From Orbicella franksi (lineage: Eukaryota), in contig OZ116698.1 in assembly GCA_964199315.1 (NCBI GenBank), forward strand, positions 5,208,001 to 5,272,000: a DNA stretch of 64,000 bases. The letters run 5' to 3'. How positions within the stretch are numbered: the first letter of the stretch is position 1; each line of letters opens with the position of its first letter. The notes below the pieces were generated by a model, which was given only the letters and a program-made list of their open reading frames with translations, was not told the origin of the DNA and searched no databases. Of this stretch, positions 48,676 through 60,118 are shown in pieces. Made by a program: the position numbers and the translations under genes.

Positions 48676-48853
48676 GAGTAGGCTTAAGTCTTACTCTTTA
48701 TATCTTCTTGTAGTATTTGTAATTTAAAGACAGCAAAAGTCTGTCACTTGTCTTTAATTTACTTTAGTTAATTGAGTAAGCAAAAGTCTTACTCTTAATA
48801 ATTTAGGAATTTAAAAGTAATTCATAACTGTTTGAGCAAATAAAGTCTTGGTC
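48676..48853. repeat. Four short hairpins with a shared (C)AAAAGT-type loop in AT-rich DNA
   Basis: GAGTAGG-cttaagt-CTTACTC; GACAG-caaaagt-CTGTC; GAGTAAG-caaaagt-CTTACTC; degenerate GAGCAAA-taaagt-CTTGGTC. Confidence 0.7.
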
Positions 48854-51800
48854 TTAATAATTTAACTAGTATTTAGTAGTATTTAATCCAATTGCTTCAA
48901 TCTCCCATTATGCGTTTGGCCAAAACTATTAACATCCAATTTGAATGTAAATTGAGTGGCAAATCCAAAGATGAAATTAGAAAGGCCATCTTTCACTGTT
49001 TCAGTCTTTATGGTGTCATTGCTGTCCAAATTGGCTATGATGTGGTGAGGATCTCTTTTACCACTAACGCTGGCTTTAAACATGCCATGGAAACCCTGGT
49101 GTTAGGCTCTTTGGGTTGTGGTGTCCCATTCTCAGAGGAGGTCCTCCTCTTACCACCCTCCACATATTTGATTACCCTTATGAGGAGGAGGATGGTGACA
49201 TCACTCGTGTCTGCTCTGACTCTGGTGAAGTCAAAAATGTTAATAAGCAGAAATACATCTCTGACCTGAACATTTTCAAGGGGACATGACTCGTTTCTGT
49301 CATCTTGTCTTCTTCCCCACCCCGCTCCTTGACTATTGGTTGTTGTCTTTCTAGAGTGTGGTATAAAGGCCAGCCTCTTGTTTGTAACCTTTGCTCTGTG
49401 CAAGACCATAAATCTGCAGACTGTCCTAACAAGGACAAGTGTTATCACTGTGGGGCTAGTGGACATTCTGCCTGTAATTGCACCAATGCGTGAGGCACTG
49501 CTGCCAGTGGCGTCAATCCATCATCCGAGCAGGCCTCTGGTCAGAGTGATCCTGTGCCGGGGCAGACCTCCAGTGGCCATGGTGATCCTGCACCGGAGCA
49601 GACCTCTGTTGGCTATACCTCCCTTGCCTCCATTACTGAGGTTAATATGGCTTCCCCGCAAGCTGTTGCTGCTGATCCCTCTAAGGGAGACCCCCTCCTG
49701 GTCCCTCTGGGGGTCCCTCCTGCTGTTTAGGAGACTTTGTCCGGAGATTGTAGTGAAGTTTCCCCCTCTGATGCTTATCTCTTTACTTGTGGGCAACCTA
49801 TGTCTGAAGATGTTGCCTCTGATGTTGTTGAAGTCAGTGATTGTCAGTGCATTTCTGCTTAGGCTTCTCTCACTGCTAATTTAAATGTTGAGCATAGTGA
49901 GGATTGTGATGTTGAGACTGTGGTCGATGAAGGGGATGCTAACTCTGTGAGTCGGAGCATCCTTCAAAATATTGAGCCTCCTGCATCGGATGTTAGCACA
50001 GAGCCGGTTTCTTCTCAATCCCCCCTGGTCTTTCATCTTCGTCTTATGGGTCCAGAAAACTTAGGAACAAGGCTAAAAGCGTAGTTGCCAGGCTTTTGCA
50101 GAAGAATAGTCATCACCTGTCTCTGTTAATCCCAGGATTGGTGGTCAGCCATCTCAAAGGGGTGGCACCCATTCTCTGCTTCCTGTTGTTATGTCCGACA
50201 TGCCTCTGTCAAGTAGACCTGGAGCCTAAAAGAATTACATATGGCTTCCTTTTCGACAATTAACATCAATGGTCTGCGTGATAACAAGCGTTTCTCTTTT
50301 TTGCAGTGGCTTAGCCACCTCGCTGTTGATTTTGTTTGTTTGCAAGAGACTCTGTCATGTTGTTCTCAGTGTGATTCATGGTTCTCTTCATACGGTTTTT
50401 TGGCTGTAACATCTCCAGGATCCACTCGCTCCTGTGGTTCTGTCATTTTGTACAGATTGACCTTCTCTCTGTCTAAGGTTGCTTTTGACAATGAGGGTCG
50501 TTTTTGTCGTGGCACACTTCTCCCGGAATGATGTGACTTTTGGCGTTGTCTGCGTCTATGCCCCAAACAGGAATCCTGAGCAGAATGACTTTTTCGGTTA
50601 TTGTGCTGATCAAATTGATCCCGTGGTGCCTACTGTACTTTGTGGGGATTTTAATGCGGTTTTTGATCAATCTCTTGATTGGCGCGGAGGCAACATTTCT
50701 GACACCTCTTGTGAGAGTTCTCTAGCTCTTAGAGATCTTTTTCGCGATTGCTGTGTCATTGACATTTGGCGGTCGTTGTACCCCACTGCGGCTGCTTTCA
50801 CTTGGCTTAAAGCAGATGGGGCTTCTTCTTCTTGTATTGATTTAGTCGGATGCCCCCATTCTTGGCTTCATCAGGTAGATTCTTGTGAGATCTTGCCATG
50901 CCCTTTCTTGGACCACTGTGCTGTTGCCCTTAAAATTTCAATTCCGGAGCCAATTCCTCGTGGTCCAGGTAGGTGGAAGCTCAACTCCTCTATTTTAGTT
51001 GATGCTGACTTTGTAGCCTCTGCCAAAACCTTCTGGCATGCTTGGAAGCTCAAGAAGAGCTCTTTCGACTCCCTCCTCTCCTGGTGGGACTGGGTAAAGA
51101 AAGAATCAAGGACCTTGCCATTAATCATTACAAAGAAAAATCGAAATGTCAGAACATGTCTCAGTCCATCGTTGTTGCCCTTACTGATCATCTGAAGTCT
51201 AAAATCGATCAGGGGCATGTCTCTTTCTTGCCCATTTATCAAAACGTTTCTTCCAAAATTGCTGGTGTTGATCTCTCTGCTGCACAGGGAGTGAAGGTTT
51301 GTTCTAGAGTCAAATGGACTGAGAAAGGTGAGATCCCCTCCCATTATTTTTTAAAATTAGGGAGAAGAGGGGCTCTTGATTGGATTTTGGCCACGAAGAA
51401 CAATGATGGCTCTATGGTTTCTGACGTAGATGGCATTTGCAAGTCTTGGACAGACTTTTACTCATCACTCTTCTCTGCTTGTGACATTGACAGTGATGTT
51501 TAGCCTGATCTGCTGTCTGTCTCATCTTTCCTTTCTGTAGAACAGGCAAGTGATTGTGAGGGCTACCTCACTGTCAGTGAGGTGCACAGTCCCCTTAATG
51601 GTATGGCTAAACGTAAATCTCCTGGAACTGACGGCCTTCCCATGGAATTTTAGATCACATTCTGGGACGTTCTTGGGCCTGATCTAGTCGAGGGTCTTAA
51701 TGCCTCTCTTGACTTGGGCTGCTTATCATCTTCTCAGAGGATTGCCTTGATCTCCTTAATCTACAAAAAGGGAGATAGACTGCTCCAAAAAAATTGGCGT

Positions 51801-52169
51801 CCCATTAGTCTTTTCAATGTGGACTACAAATTGTGTGTGCCCTTGCTGACTGCCATCTTAAGGTCTTGCAGCGTCATCCACCCTGACCAGACTTGTGGTG
51901 TTCAAGGACATTACACCGGCAAAAACGTTGCCTTGCTGAGACATGCAGTCCATTACGTTAACGAAAATAACCTTCCGGCTGCAATTTTAGCCCTTGATCA
52001 GGAAAAAGCTTTTGATAGGGTTGACTGGGATTTTCTTCTCTCTACCCTAGATCACATGGGTTTCGGCCCTTCTTTTATATCTCAGGTCAAGCTGCTCTAT
52101 TCCAACATCCGCAGTGCTATCCTTGTTAATGGTTATACTAGGAGTCCGTTCTGGCCGTCTCGTGGTGTG

Positions 52170-53562
52170 TGCTATGGAGAACAGATGTAAATGTTTAAGT
52201 TTCTAGAACCTTCTAGAATGTCAAGTCATGCAATGTTTGTGCCAGAATCTTCTCCTGTCACGCTATGGAACATTTTAGAACATTCTACCACATGATGTAA
52301 TTATAATGTAATGCTACATAAAATAGAAGCTCCAAGAATGTTCTAGAATATTAGTTAAATCTATATAAAGAATCAGCTAGAAGGTACAGTCCTGTTGTTA
52401 TTCTTGGCAGAGACCGAGTGGTAAAGCTATAGTGCCATTGTTATTGTAAGCCATTGAGGAACTTTGTCCAAGGTCAAGTGGACCATAAGGAGATTTCTTT
52501 GAAGACACCAAGATTTCTTGTGAGTTCGTGTCAGTGGTGACTAAAGTTTAGCAGTAGGCTTAACTTAGTTTGGTAGTAGATTTTATTGTTCAGAAATCGC
52601 TCCTTTGTAGCTAAGATTACACTACGTATTGTTAAATAAATAAGTTGGGTTCACAGAAGAGTTTTGTAGTATATTTTTCTGTCGGTCAAGTGATACTGTA
52701 ACAGAAATTGGGGCCTGTAAGGGAGCAAATTTCGATATAGTGTTTATTTACATTACTTAGAGAAGAAGTAATTGTTTGTAAGAGTAGCTATAGAGGTTAG
52801 CAAGATGTCACAGTTTAATCCAGAGATATTTATGTCAAAGCCCGATGGAGAACCATTCTTTGCTTTGAAGAAAGGAGCGCTTATTAGACTACCAAGGCAC
52901 TTACAACTAGAAGTTAAGATGATGTTAACATGTTACATACCGCAAATGATAGTATTGCACTAAGTAGATATGGGAGTTTTTGGAATGACAGAGTTGGATA
53001 CAATGTTAGAAATAAATGGGGAGATGAGAAGAGAAAGACAAGACAGGGATGTAAGAGAAGAAAAGGAATGACAAGAAAGACGGGAAAGAGAGGAAAGGGA
53101 ACGACAGCAAAGGCTGGACAAATCAGCTAGAAGAATCAGCTAGAAGCTACAGAGCCTGTTAGCAGTTCTCGGCAGAGACCGAGAGAAGAAGCTATAAAGT
53201 TCCCGTTAGCAGCTCTCGGCAGAGACCGAGTGGAGAAGCTACAGTCCCGTTGTTGTTCTCGGCAGAGACGAAGTGGAAAAGCTATAGAGTGCTATTGCTA
53301 TTGTAAAAGCCATTGAGGAACTTTGTCCAAGGTCAAGTAGACCGTAAGGAGATTTCTTTGGAGACACCGAGATTCGTTGTGAGTTCATGTCAGTGGTGAC
53401 TAAAGTTTCGCAGTAGGCTTAACTTAGTTTGGTAGTAGATTGTATTGTTCAGAAATTGCTCCTTTGTAGCTAAGATTACATTACATATTGTTAAATAAAT
53501 AAGTTGGGTTTATAGAAGAGTTTCGTAGTATATCTTTCTGTTGGTCAAGCGATACCGTAACA
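52170..53562 (+). mobile_element. Internally deleted Gypsy-type LTR element
   Basis: TG...CA ends; 4-bp TSD TGTG; LTR1 52170-52703; gag start MSQFNPEIFM..FFALKK..L..HLQL; partial LTR2 ~53131-53562; removing it restores R-G-V-H-Q-G. Confidence 0.85.
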
Positions 53563-54351
53563 TGTGCATCAAGGGTGCCCCTTGTCGCCTTTGCTTTATG
53601 TTATATCCATTCAGGTTTTGGCTGCCAACTTATGTTCTCATCCATCTATTGTTAGTTTAAAGCTGCCTGGGATTCCCGACCCTCTGCTAGTCCTTCCCTG
53701 TATGCCGATGACACTTCCGTTATCTCGATATCAGATGATGCTACTCGTGCTGTCTTCTCTACTTATGAGAGGTTTGAGAAGGGTATTGGTTCTAAGCTTA
53801 ACCTTTCTAAATGTGAAGGTCTGTGGCTTGGTGCTTGGTGCAATCGCTCTGACTCTCCTGTGCCAATCGTCTGGTCCTCTGTTAAAAATCAAGTGCTGGG
53901 GGGTTTTCTTGGGAACGGCTTCATGGATGACTCTAACTGGCTTCCCCATATTGAGGCAGTCGAGAAGTGTCTAAACTCTTGGCACTCCAGGACCCTGTCT
54001 TACAGTGGTAAAGCCATCGTTTCTATTGCACTGACCCTGTCTAGAGTTTGGTATGTTGCTTCTTTGTTTCCCATACCTCCCTGGGCCTTGTTGCAGCTCA
54101 ATTCACTTGTCTTCAAGTTCTTCTGGAGTGGCAAAAGAGATCTTGTTGCTCGAAACGTCTTTCATTCTCCTGAGAATGGTGGCTTTTCTGTTGTGTCCAT
54201 TGCTTTCAAGGTGCTGTCGCTCCTTGTTCAGTGGATCAAGCAGTTTGCTTCTTCTCTGAGTGGTTGGGTTGGCCTGATGACTTATTGGTTTCTGTTCTAT
54301 TTTAATGCTTCTCCTTTGGAAGTCTTTTCTGACCCTTTTAGTTTTGACCCG

Positions 54352-55825
54352 GACTATCTTCCAGTTGAGGCAGGTAATATTGGCATCTGTCTTGCCCTTT
54401 CCCCATTTGGGAGAATTCTTGAAGCCACTCACCAACATTTTGCTGCCTTCAAAAACATCACCACTGGTACACATATTCCGTTCCATTGTAATATTCAGGG
54501 CTATCCATGCCGTCTGTTGTATTCAGGCCAACCTCTGAAATGCACTATCTGCAATGGCGTGTATAAGGCTGCTCACTGCCCTAATAAAAACAAATGTAAA
54601 CTGTGTCATCTGGCTGGGGATTTCGCGAGAAATTGCCAAAATACGTGGGGAACAACTCCCCAAGCCCATAATTTTCTCAATCCTGAGAACGTCCCTCCTT
54701 ATCCTGCTGGTGGTCCCACTCCTCCTCCAGCTCCCACCAGTACCTCTTCCTCTAACCCCCATTCCCCCTGGTCCCACTACTCCCCTGCTGTTGTTGTGCC
54801 TAAGTCCATTTCAGCTGGTCCTGTCCCCCTGATGTCTGTTGAGGTTGACCCTCCCCAGGAGAGTTCTGATGTCAAATTCTCAAAGGTTGTTGCTGAGTCC
54901 CCTCCTTAAGAGCATGTTTCTTCCCAGGTTTCTTTGTTCTCTCAGTCTGTGGACTCTATCCAGGGGTTTTCTGATGAGGGGTCGGCATGTTTCTCTTCCC
55001 CCTCCCCTTCCCCATCCTCCTCAATCTCTCCTTTCACCAGCCCCTCGGGAAACTGTAGTTTAAGTATCCTTAAAGGAATTTCAATTGTCTCTAGCAACCC
55101 AAAGGTCCGGCAAATTGTAGATAATGCTAGTAGTGGTCCAAAAGTGGCCAATAACTCTAATAATGGTGCAAAAGTGGCCATTAATTCTAGTAAGAGTAGT
55201 GGTCCAAAAGTGGCCATTAATTCTTGTAATAGTGGTGGTCCAAAAGTGGCCAATAATAGTAGCATTAGTAGTGGTCCAAAAGTGGCCCATTACAGTAATA
55301 TTGGTAGTCATCCAAAAGTGGCCAATAATGATACTAATGTAGCTGTATCTAATAGTAGTGTATCGGGTCCAAAAGTGGCCTATAGTACTATAGTGGCTGG
55401 TCCAAGTGACTGGATCTAGTAATTGTTCTAGTAGTAGTTCAAAGGGTGAACCTACCCTACTCAAGTTAAGCCAAATTGGTAATGGTGTTACCACGGATTC
55501 GGACTCAAGTTCTTCTGAGTCCCTGTTCAAGACTCCTCATCCCCTAGGCCTCGTTGGGCTGCGTCTCAGAGCCCTCTCAACAAGTGCGTTCTCGCTCCCT
55601 GTTGGTTCCAACCTGCCCTGGAGGTCATAGGGGTATGCCTCAGATGTCACCCGATCGACTGTCTAGACACTTCGTCTCATTCAAGCTCCCTCCCTATCTC
55701 CTTATGGCTCTGTCCACAATTTCTTTTAATGTCAACAGCCATCCTAAGTCTTTAAAGCATGATGGTCTTGTGCAGTGGTTGCGATCTCTTCCTGTACTAA
55801 ACTCTGTCCTATTTGTTACAGTTAG
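54352..55825 (+). pseudogene. Family A fragment: ORF1 3' part and ORF2 start
   Basis: YLPVEAGN...LYSGQPLKCTIC...; expanded GPKV repeats; MALSTISFNVN at 55704. Confidence 0.85.
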
Positions 55826-55829
55826 TTGA

Positions 55830-57690
55830 GTGGCGAATAACAAGAACAAGAAGAATGATGCAAAGAAGTCCACTGGCACAATGCCTATCCAGGAAGAAAA
55901 TTAGCAGACTGTTCCATTTAATGCTGATGACACTTCTGATGTACCGCAAGTGCCAGAACAACCTGCAGATATAGCTGATGAGGCTGGAATGCCAGAGTTA
56001 TTCTCCACCCTGATGGAAAGCAAGCCGAGTGCTGGCAATTGGGGAGACTTGGAAAATCCATGTGATTTACCGGCAACATCCACGCTGCCCGCCATGTTTT
56101 CTGATGATGAGGATGGATGTTTAGCACCAGTTCCTGAGGAATTAAAGTAGTTACCGAAGGCTGGTGTTCATTTCACACGTGTCCCTGAGTCCTGTTGGAA
56201 GCTTGATGAGTCTAACATGAAGTTGTATAAGGACAAGTCTGTTTTCTTCTTTGTTGACACTGTATGTACCAGTCAAGACATCCTATTTGGCTTTGACAAA
56301 GCTGGTTTTCACACTGACTGGATTACGTTGATTCAGCGTTGCAATTCCAACAGCTCGTGGGTTGTCTCCTTTAGCACATTTGAGCAGAAGGAATGTGCTC
56401 TTGAACTAAACAGTATTACCGTTTGTGGACTTGAAGTTTTTCTTGGTGATGCCCAGTTTCGTACCGTCCTTGTGAAAATTTATGAATGTCCTTGAGATAC
56501 CTGATACTGTAGTCATTGGGAGACTTTCTCAATATGGCCATGTCCTTTCCAACATGATAAGATTGGAGATGCCATCTTCAATGGAGTGAAAACGGCACGC
56601 ATGCGCCTTTTTCATCGCATCCCATGTTCCCTTCATATCTTTGGTGAGCTCATTATTCTGTACTATGACTCCCAGCTGCGGACCTGTTGTCGTTGTGGTG
56701 ATACTGATCATCTCGCACAGAATTGTAGTTCTCGTTGATGCTACAATTGTGATGGGCCTGGCCATCATCATGAGGATCATCTTCACAATCTGCTATGTAG
56801 AGCTTGCTTCTCTGAAGATCATGATACTCAAGCAGGTCTCTTCATCCTACATAGTGCCAATATTGAACCATTTACCTCTGGTGCTGCCCCGACTTTGTAT
56901 GCTTCTACTGCTGGTGCCTCTGCTCTTAGGAAGCCCCACCCTTCAGAGCAAGAACAGGAAAGGGTCCAGGAGAAGAAGAGCATGCTGAGCACAACAAAAA
57001 GAAAATGGAGAATACTGTGAAGAGAATGCTGCAAGAGAAGTTTCGTTTGAACAAAGGAAAGGCATGATCTAAGGCATGCTGATCGGCGTGATGACGATTG
57101 TCCGAAGATGTGATGATGATCGTGACCAAAGGCATGATGATGACCGCAGCCAGAGACACAATGACTGAGATCGAAAACGCAACGATGATCGAGACAGAAG
57201 GCTTCGTAATAGCTTTGTAGTAGGCGTGAGCAAGCCCGTAATGAGGATCGTGATCGTGATTGGTCGTGTCCCTGTGATCGCCACCATGATCATGGGCATG
57301 ATTGTGATCAACACCATGATTGGGATCACAATCAACATTATCGGTGTCATAACCATGATTACTCATCTGAAAGTGAGTATGAGTGACTCTGATTATATTA
57401 ACCCCTCCTTTTTAGCTTAATAACATGAAACTTAAAATTCTTTCCTTAAATGTTTGTGGGCTTCGTATGCCTGCTAAGAGAAATTAAGTTTCCTGCGAGC
57501 TGTCACTTTTGAGTTATGATATTTTTCTCTTGCAAGAAATGTGTGGTAACCTTTAAACGCCGCTGGTGAGGTAATTGTTTTTGGTCCTTTGGAACCGGTA
57601 GATCTGCTGGTGTAGCGGTTCTGTTTTTGCCTAATTTTACTGGAAAAATTTTACGTTTCACTTTTGATTCAGATGGTCACATTTTTAGTA
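55830..57690 (+). pseudogene. Family C-related ORF1 and ORF2 endonuclease start
   Basis: DKSVFFFVDT..SQDILFGFDKAG..SWVVSF..FLGDAQFRTVLVKIYE; R/D/H-rich tail; MKLKILSLNVCGLR at 57425. Confidence 0.75.
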
Positions 57691-58600
57691 CTGTATTTAC
57701 CCATGTATTAGTCGATCCCGTGTATAAGTCGACCCCCAATTTTTGAGGCCAAAAACTAGATTTTCTTAATTTCCAGGTAAGAATTTCTTGGAAAACTTAT
57801 CTTATTTCTTAAAATTATCTTTCAGCTACCACAGATATGTAAACAAATCACAGCAAGTTTCAACGCGCAGTTTTAAATCTTATTATGGCACGTATACGTG
57901 CGTTTTACCCAGTTTAGCAACACGTGTTCATGCGGGCTTTTCGACGATAATTTTTGTAAAATGCTCACAAAATCAAACAAGGATTTCAAACAAACCTTTT
58001 TAAGTGCAAAGAGATTAAAAGTGGCTTTATAAGACAGGCAAAACACCAAAGAAGCTCACGACTTTCAAAACGACGTCATAAACAAAGTGCAAAGCGTGTG
58101 TTGGGAACTTGGTAGTAAAACCTTGAAATCAGTCAAGTCTGGTACAGAAGTCCTTGCACTTGTATCCTGCCAGGTTACCAAGCAGAGAAGTTCGAAGCGC
58201 GAAAGATGTTTTCTCTGAGCGGCGTTACTACAGCTTTATTTACAGGAAAAATATTGGTTCTTTATGACAAAATTAAGCCAGTGAGTGGCTACAAGATTCA
58301 GATTAAAATTTAACGGATAAATGTTGATGCAATTTAACTTGAAGCTCTGATATAGAGAGACAGATCGCTAAACGAACGTAAGTTGTAAACTGTGCTGCTG
58401 TTTATCACATGTTTGTTAACATTGAAAGACAATTATTATGCTAATTATTTGACTGGCGCTTCTGCAAAGTGTTTCTTTAAAACACTCTTTTTTATACTTA
58501 ATTTTAATAGAAATGTAAATTTTAAGTCATTTTAACTTATCTTTTAGTAGCTTTTGAATCCTAAGGATGTATTTTTAATAATTTTAGATTTTAGTTTCTA
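57691..58600. mobile_element. Left end of a Tc1/mariner (pogo-like) element; right end and extent not established
   Basis: TA-CTGTATTTACCCATGTATTAGTCGA...TATAAGTCGACCCC resembles pogo/Tigger-type TIRs. Confidence 0.5.
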
Positions 58601-58689
58601 GGTATATATTTTATGGCAGGTCCACACCAGCCCTCTGGGTTGCCAGACGCAGACCTGCCTCATCAAAAATATATGTATGTATGTATGCA

Positions 58690-59991
58690 TGCAGGCCTCC
58701 TTGTGCTCCATTTCTCAGTTCACTGGGAAGGTGAGGAGGTTGTTGAAGTTTTAGAGGAGGGTTGCTCTAATGCATCCTCATGTCAACCTGTTTCAACGGA
58801 TTCCTCTGTTTCTTTTAGGAGGAAACACTGCAAATCAAATGTCCCTCCTTCTGTGATAGTTCAATCTGCGAGACATTCGTCTAGACTTATGTCCTCTGTT
58901 AGAAGATTAGGGTTGGCTGCTGGCATCACTTCCACTTTTCATTCTAAGATTCAAAAGGCTGTTTCTGACTGCCATCCAAAGTGATGCGTTAATGTTTGTT
59001 ACCAAAATGATGATGAATTTCCTACAGTATTTTATTTGTTTCCATTGGCTGTCTCTGGTTGCCTGCCAAAGTACTATTTTAACATTAATTTTGCAGTAAT
59101 GTGTTTTCTCGCTCTGAATGTTAATGCCTTGCGGGATACCAACAAGTGAATGGCTTTCCTGCAGTGGTTGAGTCATCTTTCCGTTGATTTTGTTTGCCTG
59201 CAGGAGACTCAGGTTCTTTCCATAGATGAGTGTTCCTCTTGGTTCTCATCATATGGCTTTCTTGCTGTTTGTTTTCCAGGCTCTGCCCATTCCTGTGGTT
59301 CAGTAATTATTTTCTGTCCAGTTTATTCCGTGGTAAATTCTTGGAAAGATGACACTGGTCATTTTATTATGGCTGAATTGTCTTTTCATAATATCTTTTT
59401 TAGGATAGCTTGCGTATATACCCCTAGTAGAAACCCCGGAAGGGATGACTTTTTGGTCTCTTGTGGTCAAGCGTTTTCTTTCCCAGCGTCGTTATCACTA
59501 TTTCCATTGTCAATGGGGTGCTAATGGCGTCATTGGCTGTGTTTCCGGTGGTTCTTTTAAATTAAAGTTTTGAGAGCCAAGTTTTATTTAGAACTTTTCT
59601 CCTGTTTCCCTAGTTCTGGTCGCCTTTATTGGTTGCACTGGGTTAGTGTTTTTTAACCGTTTTTGGGGGTTTCTCCACTTTTATTGCATGTATTGATGTT
59701 TTTAACTGGTTTTTTGTTTTTCACTTTTATTGCATGGAATGTCTGTCTCTCTCTCGCTAGTCCTGGTTGCCTTTTTTGGCTGTGCTAGGTTGGTGCTTTA
59801 AACAGTCTGTTGTCTCTTGACTTCCCTGTCTTTTATGGTGGGGCGGGGTTCGACTCCCCGGTGAAGTTGGCGAGCCAGCCTCGTACGAGGGTGCTCCCAC
59901 TCCTTGGCGGTACCTGTACTGTTTCTTTCATGTATGTCTTTAAGGTTGGTGGACATTGCACTGCTCCATTGTAATGCCTTAAATATAAAAA
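58690..59991 (+). mobile_element. Internally deleted D/A-like Tx1 element with intact 3' UTR
   Basis: ORF1 tail; endonuclease start FLQWLSHLSVDFVCLQET fused at ~59480 to C-terminus HYFHCQWGANG; 3' end CCTTAAATATAAAAA as in family A. Confidence 0.78.
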
Positions 59992-59998
59992 CCTTACG

Positions 59999-60080
59999 AA
60001 TGTGAAGGTGAATTAAGCAACATGACACGAGCATGGGACAAAGAAAAATTCTGAGTCCCCAACAGGAATCAAACCCTTGG
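59999..60080 (-). mobile_element. tRNA-derived SINE fragment
   Basis: Reverse complement GGGTTTGATTCCTGTTGGGGACTCAGAATTTTTCTTTGTCCCATGCTCGTGTCATG: a B-box plus a body I recognise from anthozoan SINEs (not database-verified). Confidence 0.7.
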
Positions 60081-60118
60081 CTGTTACATATTATTTTGTA
60101 TTGATTTAATCATTTTCA

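Larger units (their letters stand above)
48670..54351 (+). mobile_element. Tx1 family D element with a Gypsy-derived insertion, 3' truncated
   Basis: ORF1 from ~48910 (VWYKGQPLVCNLC, CYHCG); ORF2 MASFSTININGLR at 50241; RT interrupted at 52169 and resumed at 53563. Confidence 0.82.

Noticed and set aside
54942-57420. Minus-strand ORFs with repetitive translations (e.g. LLATFGPLL, ITIMPMIMV)
   Set aside because: These are shadow frames of the GPKV and RD-rich ORF1 repeats on the + strand.
59991-59998. CCTTACG after the D-like poly(A) as a U1 target remnant
   Set aside because: Only 5 nt match U1 and a SINE fragment follows directly. Not supportable.
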